Virus record (IMG/VR): IMGVR_UViG_3300046786_000604
Location: 12,364-76,363 of that record
Reading direction: 5' to 3' (one strand)
DNA length: 64,000 nucleotides
DNA from: a virus
Lineage: Duplodnaviria; Heunggongvirae; Uroviricota; Caudoviricetes
Position numbers and translations under genes: made by a program. Of this stretch, positions 46,233 through 55,259 are shown piece by piece. The stretch's first letter is position 1; each line of letters begins with the position of its first letter. The notes under the pieces were generated by a model. That model did no database searches and was not told where the DNA came from. It saw only the letters and a list, made by a program, of their open reading frames with translations.

Positions 46233-46427
46233 TTATTGTTCTAGTGGCATTTTTTCAGCTTTAACTTCAAGTATCTTATCTGCTCCGATAGATTTATATT
46301 TAATAGCCATATCTGCATAGTATTGAGCAATCAACATAGCTTCATCGTGTTGGGCTTGATGTTCAGCCTTACCAATTGATACTTGGATTTTAACAGTGAT
46401 TTCATATTGTACGGTATCGTTCATCAT
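46233..46427 (-). CDS. hypothetical protein
   Basis: 64-aa ORF. Confidence 0.35.
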   Translation of the reverse strand: MMNDTVQYEITVKIQVSIGKAEHQAQHDEAMLIAQYYADMAIKYKSIGADKILEVKAEKMPLEQ

Positions 46428-46621
46428 TTAATTCCTGAAAGTTTTTTAAGGTCTTTGATATCACGTTTTTGAAACAAGTTCTTAACACGTTTAAAAGCAT
46501 TATACAGGTTATCCTTGAAATAGTCAAGTACTAATAATGTCCAGAATACAGGAACGATCCAAAAGATATGAATACCAAATTTTGGATCTATCCAATCGTT
46601 AAATTTATCCCACCATTTCAT
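46424..46621 (-). CDS. small membrane protein
   Basis: TM helix; ATGA-coupled. Confidence 0.4.
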   Translation of the reverse strand: MKWWDKFNDWIDPKFGIHIFWIVPVFWTLLVLDYFKDNLYNAFKRVKNLFQKRDIKDLKKLSGIK

Positions 46622-46622
46622 G

Positions 46623-46844
46623 TCATTTTCCTATTATCTCGTATCGTTTAATTCTGGCTTGTAAACCGGCGTGTTCGACCAATAATGGGTGCAATGCGTT
46701 CTTATAGTAATCACTGATACCAATATCATGTGTTAAATTCTTTTGTTCGTGTTTTGCTACAAGGTCAATATACTCGATCACATTGACTAACTGTTTGTGC
46801 TTCTCTTGCATTATATGGTATTCTTGTGGTGTAATCGAGCTCAT
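46623..46844 (-). CDS. hypothetical protein
   Basis: 73-aa ORF. Confidence 0.4.
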   Translation of the reverse strand: MSSITPQEYHIMQEKHKQLVNVIEYIDLVAKHEQKNLTHDIGISDYYKNALHPLLVEHAGLQARIKRYEIIGK

Positions 46845-47074
46845 TATTCAATACCGAAATGTTCTTTGAGTTCTTTAATGTATGAATTTTGAGCAAACGG
46901 ATCGCTGTTGCGTGAAATTACCTTGATGCATTCCAATATAATAATTTCGGCAAATTCATGTATCATTACGGCTTCGATATTAATCGATTGACCATTTTTG
47001 TGAGCTTCGGCTATTATAGCACCAGCATTTGCTCGCGCAATAATATTCAAGTCTTTCGCAATACTATAGTTCAT
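46844..47074 (-). CDS. HFG(I/V)E family small protein
   Basis: ...HEFAEIIILECIKVI...KELKEHFGIE. Confidence 0.5.
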   Translation of the reverse strand: MNYSIAKDLNIIARANAGAIIAEAHKNGQSINIEAVMIHEFAEIIILECIKVISRNSDPFAQNSYIKELKEHFGIE

Positions 47075-47373
47075 TATTCAATACCAAAATGCGATTGTAG
47101 ATTACCTGCACTAACCATATCACCATGTTCTTCAAAATGGCTGATACAATCTTTTATACCTTCATTAATGCCATCAGTTTTACCGGCAAGATAGCCTTCA
47201 CTAAAATACTTGGATTCTGCTTCTTTAATAAGCAATTCACCGAACTTGCCATATAAACATTTCTCATAATCAAACAATGGTGGCTTGTTATTCCATTGCG
47301 TATGCCATTCTCGCATCTCTTCCGATGCTTCATTAATCGCTTGGTTATACAGTTGTTTAATCTTTTCGTTCAT
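47074..47373 (-). CDS. HFG(I/V)E family small protein
   Basis: MNEKIKQLYNQ...NLQSHFGIE. Confidence 0.5.
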   Translation of the reverse strand: MNEKIKQLYNQAINEASEEMREWHTQWNNKPPLFDYEKCLYGKFGELLIKEAESKYFSEGYLAGKTDGINEGIKDCISHFEEHGDMVSAGNLQSHFGIE

Positions 47374-47374
47374 A

Positions 47375-47557
47375 TTATTCAATACCAAAATGTTTTAAAA
47401 GATCAGCTTTGTTAGTAATAACAGAACATTCTTTAATAATTAACTCAGCAAATTTATTTACATCCAATCGTTCGTAGTTTTCTGGCTCACCAAATGCACC
47501 ATGAGAATACACGGTATACATTGCTTGTTTTTTCAATTCTTCAATTCTATTATTCAT
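47375..47557 (-). CDS. HFG(I/V)E family small protein
   Basis: MNNRIEELKKQ...KFAELIIKEC...LLKHFGIE. Confidence 0.5.
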   Translation of the reverse strand: MNNRIEELKKQAMYTVYSHGAFGEPENYERLDVNKFAELIIKECSVITNKADLLKHFGIE

Positions 47558-47862
47558 TTTTCTATTCCAACCTTATGTTTGGCTGCTTGATCTAGCTCAT
47601 CTTTTTTACCACAAATACGGTCTCTTTCCAATTTAATAGTATTTAAAAGATCAACATTATGCGATTCTGCTGCTTCTGTTAATGCAACTCTAGCATATAG
47701 ACATGCTTCGTCAAATTCATTTGATTGATATAACAATTGAGCAGTTTCGATATTCTTATTAGATAATCGAGAATATGAAAACCCATCACTAGTAATATAC
47801 CACATACCAAACAAAATACCAATACCTAAAATACCTAAAAATATATCCAGTTTATTATTCAT
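47554..47862 (-). CDS. small membrane protein
   Basis: N-terminal TM helix; ends HKVGIEK. Confidence 0.4.
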   Translation of the reverse strand: MNNKLDIFLGILGIGILFGMWYITSDGFSYSRLSNKNIETAQLLYQSNEFDEACLYARVALTEAAESHNVDLLNTIKLERDRICGKKDELDQAAKHKVGIEK

Positions 47863-48107
47863 TTTTCTTCTCCATTAAAATCAAAAGCATGTGCAACTTC
47901 TTTTCTAATTATACTAAAGTCTGGTTCAATGTCAACTAAAAATTCTACATGACCTAAAGTTTTTTCTACTACCAACTTAACCAAAGTAGTAAGAGCTTGT
48001 GTATCCGCAGAATAGGTAATCATTTCAGTATTGCTATTTTGGAAATCTTGTACAATGGTTTTGTTAATACCAGCTTGTATTCGTAGTTCTTCTAGGGTAT
48101 TACTCAT
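47859..48107 (-). CDS. hypothetical protein
   Basis: MSNTLEELRIQAG... Confidence 0.4.
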   Translation of the reverse strand: MSNTLEELRIQAGINKTIVQDFQNSNTEMITYSADTQALTTLVKLVVEKTLGHVEFLVDIEPDFSIIRKEVAHAFDFNGEEK

Positions 48108-48337
48108 TATTCCACCCCAAAATGTTCTTTCATATGATGCCACAACGTATCAAATTCTTTTGGCGCATCATCTTCATGTGCGATAACCAAATCCATGCAT
48201 TCTTTAACAATTAACTCAGCGAACTTTATCAAATCTTCCTCGGTGCCTTCGATCCATTTATAATCTGGATTGTCTCGATTCCAAAAAATACCAATTTCGG
48301 CTTCTTCAATTAGTTCTTTAATTTTCTCGTTCATCAT
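48107..48337 (-). CDS. HFG(I/V)E family small protein
   Basis: MMNEKIKELIEE...KFAELIVKECMDLV...MKEHFGVE. Confidence 0.5.
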   Translation of the reverse strand: MMNEKIKELIEEAEIGIFWNRDNPDYKWIEGTEEDLIKFAELIVKECMDLVIAHEDDAPKEFDTLWHHMKEHFGVE

Positions 48338-48555
48338 ACTCTCACAAAATCAACATTTTCGACTGCTTCGGTTTCAAACACTCTACCTAGAATGCGACTG
48401 CCAACAGTACCACTCTTACTCAAGTAGTAATAATTATCTGGCATCAATGATGCATAGATAGTGCCACCCACTTTTACTCCACTACCCGGAATCTTTCGCA
48501 GTAGTTTTGCTTCAAATACAACAAATGAATTAGGATTACTATTATGAAAAATCAT
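48334..48555 (-). CDS. hypothetical protein
   Basis: 73-aa ORF. Confidence 0.4.
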   Translation of the reverse strand: MIFHNSNPNSFVVFEAKLLRKIPGSGVKVGGTIYASLMPDNYYYLSKSGTVGSRILGRVFETEAVENVDFVRV

Positions 48556-48565
48556 TCTTCAACTC

Positions 48566-48817
48566 CTAACAATAATTGGCACACTCATAACCATCAACCC
48601 CCGAAACTACGTTTTCAAGTCCGTATGTGTTGTTGAACAATTCAATAGTTTCAGGCCATTCATCGATTTCTAATACATTTTTATCATGATAAACGTGCGG
48701 TCTGATCTTTCCATTTCGTTGTCTTTCACCAGACAACGAAAATCCAGCCATAAAGGGTTTTAGTTGCTCGTTCATTCTTCTACACCAAAATGTTTCTTGA
48801 TATCGTTTATGGTCCAT
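48566..48817 (-). CDS. hypothetical protein
   Basis: 83-aa ORF. Confidence 0.4.
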   Translation of the reverse strand: MDHKRYQETFWCRRMNEQLKPFMAGFSLSGERQRNGKIRPHVYHDKNVLEIDEWPETIELFNNTYGLENVVSGVDGYECANYC

Positions 48818-49023
48818 GATACATTTTCTACCAAAGTTCTATCCAAGTCTACCGATTCTGCAGCAGTTGCTTGAATGACTTTGATGGTTTCGTTAACAAT
48901 CAAATTGGCGAACTTCCTTGCCTTTACAACACTTTCGTGGTCGGGTGTTCTAGCACCTGAAGGAAGTATATCCCATTGGATAAGGTCAGCCTGTTTAGCA
49001 AGTTCTCTTATTTTCTCGTTCAT
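48772..49023 (-). CDS. HFG(I/V)E family small protein
   Basis: MNEKIRELAKQ...KFANLIVNETIKVI...IKKHFGVEE. Confidence 0.5.
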   Translation of the reverse strand: MNEKIRELAKQADLIQWDILPSGARTPDHESVVKARKFANLIVNETIKVIQATAAESVDLDRTLVENVSWTINDIKKHFGVEE

Positions 49024-49550
49024 ATCGTTGCCCATAGTTGTTTAACACGTTGCTTAACAGTTTGCTTAAATTCAACTGCTACCTTGTATGTGTTAGTAGC
49101 TTTAATTTTAGCATGTGCCCAGTCTAAAGTCAACATGATTTTAGTATAGCAATAATTGAACCAACCAAATGTCAATAGTTGTGTTTTGGTTAATGCAAAG
49201 ATCCTAGATAACAATAATGTACCAACTAGTTTAGCCACAACTTCAAGGATAATACCTTGAATCACCATGCCATGTGCAATCATGAATAATGCATACAAGT
49301 TAAACGGAGTAATGATCAATGATGGAATAGCTAATGAGATCAAAGCCACAGTTGGTGAGGTATTGGCAAGCCACCATTCTACACGTTGTAAGTGCAGGGC
49401 TTTAGCTAATGCTGCACCATATGATTTTAGTGTATCCCATAACCATTCTTCAAAGATTAGAAACCATACTGCAACCCAAATAAACGGTTTAATTAAAATT
49501 TTCATTGTTTTACCTTGACTCCATTGAAATCCAGAGGATGTACTTTGCAT
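49020..49550 (-). CDS. polytopic membrane protein
   Basis: 176 aa, multiple hydrophobic helices. Confidence 0.45.
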   Translation of the reverse strand: MQSTSSGFQWSQGKTMKILIKPFIWVAVWFLIFEEWLWDTLKSYGAALAKALHLQRVEWWLANTSPTVALISLAIPSLIITPFNLYALFMIAHGMVIQGIILEVVAKLVGTLLLSRIFALTKTQLLTFGWFNYCYTKIMLTLDWAHAKIKATNTYKVAVEFKQTVKQRVKQLWATI

Positions 49551-49953
49551 TAAACAAAGGTGCGTCTAACAAATATTTTGATTTAATGTATTGATAATCG
49601 CCACTATCAAATGGAAACAACTGAGATACCACTACATCTTTTAAAATTGAGATGTTATGTATTCTTTGAATGGCATTATTTAAAAACTCGTATTTACAAA
49701 AATATCCACCTTTAACATCGGATATCATATCAGAAACTTGTTGATCACGCAACCACTTTCCGTATGCATACCCGTTGTAATACTTTATATCATTAAACGA
49801 CGGCCCCTTTCCAAATGTTTCTTTATGATACAATTCTTCTAATGAATGTAAACTAAAATCATAATTGTCATTCATTGATTTGGCAATTCTTCTATACAAT
49901 GCAGCTTTTAAAGCATAGTTTTTTGATATGGTTTTGTGTTTGAATAGTTTCAT
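49510..49953 (-). CDS. hypothetical protein
   Basis: 147-aa ORF. Confidence 0.4.
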   Translation of the reverse strand: MKLFKHKTISKNYALKAALYRRIAKSMNDNYDFSLHSLEELYHKETFGKGPSFNDIKYYNGYAYGKWLRDQQVSDMISDVKGGYFCKYEFLNNAIQRIHNISILKDVVVSQLFPFDSGDYQYIKSKYLLDAPLFNAKYILWISMESR

Positions 49954-50171
49954 TATTCGGCCTCGTCATATCCAAAGTGTTGACTAATAGTCATCGCACA
50001 ATCAAAAACAGCGAGATTATGATTGTTAAGTGGTGATTTATGTGATTGTGTATTACTGTGGCATAACACTATACATTTTGTGATAATAGTATCAGCAAAT
50101 TTAATAGTATCAAATTCTCCATCAGCGGAATAACAATCATCTGCCAGGTTTTTAATTAATTCTTCGTTCAT
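49953..50171 (-). CDS. HFG(I/V)E family small protein (variant)
   Basis: MNEELIKNLADD...KFADTIITKCIVLC...ISQHFGYDEAE. Confidence 0.45.
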   Translation of the reverse strand: MNEELIKNLADDCYSADGEFDTIKFADTIITKCIVLCHSNTQSHKSPLNNHNLAVFDCAMTISQHFGYDEAE

Positions 50172-50359
50172 ACTTCAACTCCAATTTCTGTTTCACTAAT
50201 AGACACATTAGTTGTTTCTAGGTACCAATCCAGTGATTCAATTTCACCTTCATCTTGCCAAACTCGCTCAATTACTTCAGCACGAGTTGGTTTATAATCA
50301 TAAACATAATTATATTCATCGCATGAATCGGTTTTTATTAATACTGCCCATACTTTCAT
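50168..50359 (-). CDS. hypothetical protein
   Basis: 63-aa ORF. Confidence 0.35.
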   Translation of the reverse strand: MKVWAVLIKTDSCDEYNYVYDYKPTRAEVIERVWQDEGEIESLDWYLETTNVSISETEIGVEV

Positions 50360-50655
50360 TATTCTAATCCCAAAATTTTACGTTCTTCTTCAGTTAGTTT
50401 TGCCAACGCTGCTGCTTTTTTGAAATATTCAACTGATTCGTTGAATTCGACATCAGTATCGTATACTACCCAACGTTTGTCAATCTCAACTTTTCTAACA
50501 CGTCTAGGCCAATGGCCGTTGTATTTTGCTTTGAATTTGTTAGCTTCGGAACTAGATGAAAAGTATGCAAGATGTTCATCACCTATGCCACCACCATCTG
50601 GTTGTACAACTTCCCAAGCAGTAAATTTTACAGAATATTCTTTCATTAACTCCAC
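50359..50655 (-). CDS. hypothetical protein
   Basis: 98-aa ORF. Confidence 0.4.
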   Translation of the reverse strand: MELMKEYSVKFTAWEVVQPDGGGIGDEHLAYFSSSSEANKFKAKYNGHWPRRVRKVEIDKRWVVYDTDVEFNESVEYFKKAAALAKLTEEERKILGLE

Positions 50656-50831
50656 CTCAATACAAACCAGGTATATTCTTCTTCACTCAAACTGTGTCTG
50701 GGATAACTATTATAATCATTTTGATAAGTCTTAAACCCTTGTGAAATAAAAGATTCATGCCACCCAATAATATCATCCGTTGCATCAATGAATTTTGGGA
50801 AATCATATGTATCAAACTTTATTCTTTTCAT
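50646..50831 (-). CDS. WF-LRWS family small protein
   Basis: ...LSEEEYTWFVLRWS. Confidence 0.55.
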   Translation of the reverse strand: MKRIKFDTYDFPKFIDATDDIIGWHESFISQGFKTYQNDYNSYPRHSLSEEEYTWFVLRWS

Positions 50832-51070
50832 GACCACCTCAACACAAACCAAGTGTAATAAGCTTCATTTTCAAATACGATTCTATCAAATTCTATCTCT
50901 CTGAGTGATTCATCATCATATAATTCATAGGCTTTAAATTGGGCAAATGCATCTTCCATATTATCAAAATATTCGTCAGCAGATATAGAATCATCCCTCG
51001 ACCCACAACCTCTTGTAAAATTTTCACATACTTCGTCAGGCATATCAGTCCATTTAATAATAAAATTCAT
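50828..51070 (-). CDS. WF-LRWS family small protein
   Basis: ...FENEAYYTWFVLRWS. Confidence 0.55.
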   Translation of the reverse strand: MNFIIKWTDMPDEVCENFTRGCGSRDDSISADEYFDNMEDAFAQFKAYELYDDESLREIEFDRIVFENEAYYTWFVLRWS

Positions 51071-51282
51071 TAACTCCACCTCATTATGAACCAAGTCTTA
51101 TATTCTTCGCCTTCAAATGCAATATGAGTGTGAACGTGTTTAGATACACTTATAATTTTTGGATCTAAACTTTTAATGAAAACAAGCCAATCACTGCTAC
51201 AATTATGGTTACCGCTCTGTTTAAACAACTTAAACAGCTTACGTTCGAGTTCAGATGTATGTTTGATTACAAGTTCATTCAT
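51070..51282 (-). CDS. WF-LRWS family small protein
   Basis: ...FEGEEYKTWFIMRWS. Confidence 0.55.
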   Translation of the reverse strand: MNELVIKHTSELERKLFKLFKQSGNHNCSSDWLVFIKSLDPKIISVSKHVHTHIAFEGEEYKTWFIMRWS

Positions 51283-51354
51283 TTTAATCTATTCCAATCT
51301 TTGGATGATCTTTTAAAGATAAGATACATTTTAAACGCCATTCGGTTCTATCTT

Positions 51355-51384
51355 AGTAAACTTGTACTGTATATTCAATCATTT
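51355..51384 (-). pseudogene. relic 5' fragment of a MORN-variant paralog (MIEYTVQVY-stop) in the leader of 51070..51282
   Basis: Minus strand ATGATTGAATATACAGTACAAGTTTACTAA versus the intact gene start at 62257 ATGATCGAATATACAGTTCAAGTTTACGAA. Confidence 0.45.
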
Positions 51385-51416
51385 TAAATTTTCCTGTGTT
51401 ATGTTAAGATGTGTAC

Positions 51417-51444
51417 ATTATAACAGAATAAAACTACTTGTCAA
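51417..51444 (-). promoter_or_regulatory. sigma70-type promoter (TTGACA-16-TATAAT)
   Basis: Minus strand TTGACAagtagttttattctgtTATAAT. Confidence 0.5.
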
Positions 51445-51456
51445 TTATTTAAATAA

Positions 51457-51657
51457 TCATTGTTTTAGTAAGAACCAAGTGTAATGTGCTTCTGTTTCAA
51501 AAGTCAGCAGATACTCCGAATGCCCCCATACCCTGAAATCCAGTATATCAGGGTACCTAGTAAATACAAAATCAGAGAAAGTACCAATGAACCCAGCTTC
51601 TCGCCATTTACCAAAAAAATTAAATGTGGAAGCTTGGACTGCGATTGTATAAGTCAT
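51457..51657 (-). CDS. WF-LRWS family small protein (WFLLKQ variant)
   Basis: ...FETEAHYTWFLLKQ. Confidence 0.5.
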   Translation of the reverse strand: MTYTIAVQASTFNFFGKWREAGFIGTFSDFVFTRYPDILDFRVWGHSEYLLTFETEAHYTWFLLKQ

Positions 51658-51899
51658 TGTTTTAATAAAAACCAAGTGTAATGCGCTTCAGATTTAAATG
51701 TTAAATTCAAATCAGGGAATAGCATCGAGTCATATTGACTATTTGGTATATTTTCTATACTTTCAAATATATCAGAGTAATTCTCTAATAAAAAATCAGA
51801 ATATGCTGATGCATCAATCCAACCATTTTTAAAATAAACAAGTAATGATGGCCATTTAGAATACGTGGTGGCCCAACTGACAGTTATACTATAACTCAT
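51654..51899 (-). CDS. WF-LRWS family small protein (variant)
   Basis: ...FKSEAHYTWFLLKQ. Confidence 0.5.
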   Translation of the reverse strand: MSYSITVSWATTYSKWPSLLVYFKNGWIDASAYSDFLLENYSDIFESIENIPNSQYDSMLFPDLNLTFKSEAHYTWFLLKQ

Positions 51900-52150
51900 T
51901 GTTGTAATAAAAACCAAGTGTAATGTGCTTCAGATTCAAATGTATATTTAAAAGTTAAATATTCATAGTCATGTTCATCAACTGTTTCAATCTTTATTAT
52001 CTCAGGGAATGTTTCTTTAATCCAGGTAAAAAAATCAGGTGCATCGAGATGGTTTCTGGAACTGATATCTACTATTTCACACCATTTTTTATAACACCAT
52101 GTAAATCTAGAATAAGGTGATGCCCAAGGATCTTCTATTTGAAATGTCAT
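51896..52150 (-). CDS. WF-LRWS family small protein (variant)
   Basis: ...FESEAHYTWFLLQQ. Confidence 0.5.
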   Translation of the reverse strand: MTFQIEDPWASPYSRFTWCYKKWCEIVDISSRNHLDAPDFFTWIKETFPEIIKIETVDEHDYEYLTFKYTFESEAHYTWFLLQQ

Positions 52151-52365
52151 TGTTGTAATAAAAACCAGTGATAATGTGCTTCTGAATTAAAGGTTATGTT
52201 TAGGTACATTCGATCCCCATGGTGATACTCGGCGTGAATGATTTCGTCATGGTGGTGCATTAGCCAATTGGGTAATTTACCTTGGAACTGGAAATCATGG
52301 ACGTACATTCTAGTGGTTGCCCATTTACCAGCTATTCTGCTATGTATTGTTAGTTGGTAAATCAT
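52147..52365 (-). CDS. WF-LRWS family small protein (variant)
   Basis: ...FNSEAHYHWFLLQQ. Confidence 0.5.
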   Translation of the reverse strand: MIYQLTIHSRIAGKWATTRMYVHDFQFQGKLPNWLMHHHDEIIHAEYHHGDRMYLNITFNSEAHYHWFLLQQ

Positions 52366-52565
52366 TATTGTAATAAAAACCAGTGATAATGTGCTTCAGA
52401 TTCAAACGTAAATTCTCTTCCACCAATTATAGTATTAATAGATATGCAACCAGGATAGTGTTTAACGCAATACTCACTATAACTTAAAAAACTATTATTA
52501 ACCCAGTCTTTCCATGATTGCCAAGTATTGAATTGGGCTCGATAAATTTTTACTTTGAAAGACAT
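52365..52565 (-). CDS. WF-LRWS family small protein (variant)
   Basis: ...FESEAHYHWFLLQ. Confidence 0.5.
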   Translation of the reverse strand: MSFKVKIYRAQFNTWQSWKDWVNNSFLSYSEYCVKHYPGCISINTIIGGREFTFESEAHYHWFLLQ

Positions 52566-52602
52566 GAATTAATGCCTACTAATACGCTATAAAAAAGAGT
52601 GT

Positions 52603-52631
52603 ATTATATTGCTACAATACACTATTGTCAA
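52603..52631 (-). promoter_or_regulatory. sigma70-type promoter (TTGACA-17-TATAAT)
   Basis: Minus strand TTGACAatagtgtattgtagcaaTATAAT. Confidence 0.5.
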
Positions 52632-52633
52632 CA

Positions 52634-53299
52634 TTACTCTTTAGATAATGCACCTAACAACTTTAACAAGTCTAAGAAAAGATTGATAAAGTCAAGATAC
52701 AATGATAATGCACCCATTACTTCAAGGTTAGTATTGCTACCATATCGCAATGATTCTTGAATATTTTGTGCATCATATGCAGTGAATCCTAAGAAGATAA
52801 TTACGCCAATTGCCGATAATGCCATATCTAATACACTATTACCAATAAACAAGTTGATAATACTAACGATAATCAATGCAATCAATCCAACTATTAAAAA
52901 TCCACCAATAGATGTTAGATCTCGATTAGTTGTCATACCATAAATTGCCATAGTGGTAAACAATACCGTTGCACCCAAGAACGCACTGGTAATCAACCCA
53001 GCACTATATTGATGAAAGATCACCGACATAGAAATACCAAATGTAATTGCAAATAGCTGTAATAAACCATGTGCTACAATGGGCGATTCATTTGACTGTA
53101 AGATAAAATAGAATCCAAAGACCATTGCCAATGGTGCTAAAAGAACTACCCATTTCATTGCACCTGTTAAAAAGAATGCAGTTAATGTTGGACTTTGGCT
53201 AACGATATACGCTACTACCATAGTAGTGAATACTGATAAGGCCATATTACGATAAACTCTGGCCATTGCGCCAGCTTGTGTTGCTACATAAGTTGTCAT
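52634..53299 (-). CDS. Bax-inhibitor-1/YccA-family membrane protein
   Basis: 7 predicted TM helices; C-terminus LSLYLDFINLFLDLLKLLG matches the BI-1/YccA signature. Confidence 0.6.
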   Translation of the reverse strand: MTTYVATQAGAMARVYRNMALSVFTTMVVAYIVSQSPTLTAFFLTGAMKWVVLLAPLAMVFGFYFILQSNESPIVAHGLLQLFAITFGISMSVIFHQYSAGLITSAFLGATVLFTTMAIYGMTTNRDLTSIGGFLIVGLIALIIVSIINLFIGNSVLDMALSAIGVIIFLGFTAYDAQNIQESLRYGSNTNLEVMGALSLYLDFINLFLDLLKLLGALSKE

Positions 53300-53315
53300 A
53301 TTTTACTCTCTAAAG

Positions 53316-53546
53316 TTATTTTGATGTACAAGAAACGCCATGGCCATAAGTATCCATGACTTGTGTTGATCTACCGTTTTCGCCTACAATAAATTGTAAT
53401 CCATTGATACAGCGTGTTTCGACAATACCATTGATACCAACTGATACATTTTTACTACTAGCGAAGTGTGCAATAACACCAATAGCGCAGGTAATAGCAA
53501 TAACCATAAGTACCTCTATTGGTGTGAAACCTTTCATATTTTTCAT
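53316..53546 (-). CDS. type IV pilin/pseudopilin-like protein (prepilin N-terminal methylation motif)
   Basis: MKNMKGFTPIEVLMVIAITCAIGVIA = class III signal G-F-T-x-I-E + hydrophobic helix. Confidence 0.55.
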   Translation of the reverse strand: MKNMKGFTPIEVLMVIAITCAIGVIAHFASSKNVSVGINGIVETRCINGLQFIVGENGRSTQVMDTYGHGVSCTSK

Positions 53547-53573
53547 TGTTTACTCTTTGTTGTTAAAAATTGT

Positions 53574-53601
53574 ATTATAGCAGATTACAGTTGATTGTCA
53601 A
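53574..53601 (-). promoter_or_regulatory. sigma70-type promoter (TTGACA-16-TATAAT); duplicated promoter-UTR cassette (cf. 32398..32481)
   Basis: Minus strand TTGACAatcaactgtaatctgcTATAAT then acaatttttaacaacaaagagtaaacaATG. Confidence 0.5.
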
Positions 53602-53603
53602 TA

Positions 53604-54203
53604 CTAGCTTCCGCTAAACAATACAGCAATACCAGCTATGATTACCGCAGCAATTCCTACTAATAACCCAAAAGTTGAATCACCACCTAAACTTCTTCTT
53701 GTGCGGTCAACGATAATAAAATTACCAAAAATATTTTTATCAGTATTGCTATATTCGATATTTTCTGGTTCTAGTCTATCAGCCGCTAATTTAATGGCTA
53801 AAAATCCGATAATCCATACAAAAATTGCACCAATTATATGTATTAATTGAGTACCCATGATTTTCCAGATAATCAACAATGTAGTCAATTGTCCAACTGG
53901 TGATTTGGCAAATTCATTGACACCTACATTAAGTTCTTTAGCGGCTGCACCTAATCCAGATGCAATGCTAGTACCAATCTTGGTCCAACGTTCGATACCT
54001 TCTGGATCTGGAATACCAGTAGCAATACTTGATATACTAGAATTCTTATTTGATTCAGCTTGTTGTGCAATGGTTTTAATTACCTCGGCTTTCTGTGCTT
54101 CGGTTAATTGGCTAAAACCAGCATTAGCTGCTGAATCTGAATTCAATCCTGCACTAGCAGCAAATGATGCTAAAAGCAAGGTCAATGTTAATAGTTTTTT
54201 CAT
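53604..54203 (-). CDS. secreted/membrane protein (signal peptide + C-terminal TM helices)
   Basis: MKKLLTLTLLLASFAASA signal; hydrophobic C-terminus. Confidence 0.45.
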   Translation of the reverse strand: MKKLLTLTLLLASFAASAGLNSDSAANAGFSQLTEAQKAEVIKTIAQQAESNKNSSISSIATGIPDPEGIERWTKIGTSIASGLGAAAKELNVGVNEFAKSPVGQLTTLLIIWKIMGTQLIHIIGAIFVWIIGFLAIKLAADRLEPENIEYSNTDKNIFGNFIIVDRTRRSLGGDSTFGLLVGIAAVIIAGIAVLFSGS

Positions 54204-54421
54204 ATTATTCCTCTAAATATTTTTATAAAGTTTGCGTTCAAGATCCCTAAGTTCGATATTTTCGTATTTCTGTTCTTCAGAAATTTTATCCCAAATGATT
54301 TCAGCATCAGTCAAAACATCGTGTGGATGTGCATAGTTTGCGGATGATGCCCTAGCCATTGCATATTCCGCAATAAAATCAGATTTTCTCATGTTATTCT
54401 CACTGTGTTTAAGATATGCAT

Positions 54422-54449
54422 ATTATAGCAGAATATAAGCTATTGTCAA
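54422..54449 (-). promoter_or_regulatory. sigma70-type promoter (TTGACA-16-TATAAT) for a 58-aa ORF (about 54223..54392)
   Basis: Minus strand TTGACAatagcttatattctgcTATAAT. Confidence 0.45.
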
Positions 54450-54544
54450 TTAAGTTTTTCCTTAATCCATGCTTGTACGTTGTACAACCAATCAAAAAAT
54501 GATAGTACTAGGTAAATTGCAAATGAAACAATTTTATCTTTCAT

Positions 54545-54775
54545 TTAGTCCTCACTAAACTGGCGTTTTATTTGTGTGTGTAAAAGACCAGCTCCTACCA
54601 AGTAGAACTGTTCGTTATTACTGAGTTTCATGTAATCATCTATGTTATAGCACTGTGATCTGAATACTGCATCAATTTGCATAAGCATTCCTTCAGCAAA
54701 TTTCTGGATTAGTTCTTCTTCGCTGTTAACATCAGTTTTCGCGTATTCGTAAATGCACTTAATCGTTTTATTCAT
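54545..54775 (-). CDS. hypothetical protein
   Basis: 76-aa ORF. Confidence 0.4.
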   Translation of the reverse strand: MNKTIKCIYEYAKTDVNSEEELIQKFAEGMLMQIDAVFRSQCYNIDDYMKLSNNEQFYLVGAGLLHTQIKRQFSED

Positions 54776-55020
54776 ATGACATCTTCTAACTTAAAATGTT
54801 GAACAAAGTTATTGTAGTCTTGTTCATCTCTAAAATGAAATTTATACACACCAGTTCTACCACGAAATGCTCTAGGGAACCAGTAGTGTGGTGATTCTGG
54901 TTGATGTCTTGGTTCTATATTTTCCTTGCACCATTCAATCATACTTACGTAAACGATTGGCCGTTGCATAGGATCAGTTATCCATTCTTTAAATGGTATA
55001 GTTGCTATGTAAAAACTCAT
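54772..55020 (-). CDS. hypothetical protein
   Basis: 82-aa ORF, ATGA-coupled. Confidence 0.4.
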   Translation of the reverse strand: MSFYIATIPFKEWITDPMQRPIVYVSMIEWCKENIEPRHQPESPHYWFPRAFRGRTGVYKFHFRDEQDYNNFVQHFKLEDVI

Positions 55021-55259
55021 TCTAAGTACTCCGAAAATTTAAGTATAAACCATGTTCGGCTTTCTTCTGAATTAAAGCAAAACGTTCTTACAGTTCCAGC
55101 AGGTGTCCATTCCAAATAATACTTATAGGTACGGAAATTTTTCTTACACCAGACCCGCATTACTGATATTGTCATAATGTCAGCTGAAATAAATTCCAAG
55201 CCATATAAACAATCACGAAAGATAACGAATGAACTGGTATTGATAGTTGTTAATTTCAT
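55017..55259 (-). CDS. WF-LRWS family small protein
   Basis: ...FNSEESRTWFILKFSEYLE. Confidence 0.5.
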   Translation of the reverse strand: MKLTTINTSSFVIFRDCLYGLEFISADIMTISVMRVWCKKNFRTYKYYLEWTPAGTVRTFCFNSEESRTWFILKFSEYLE

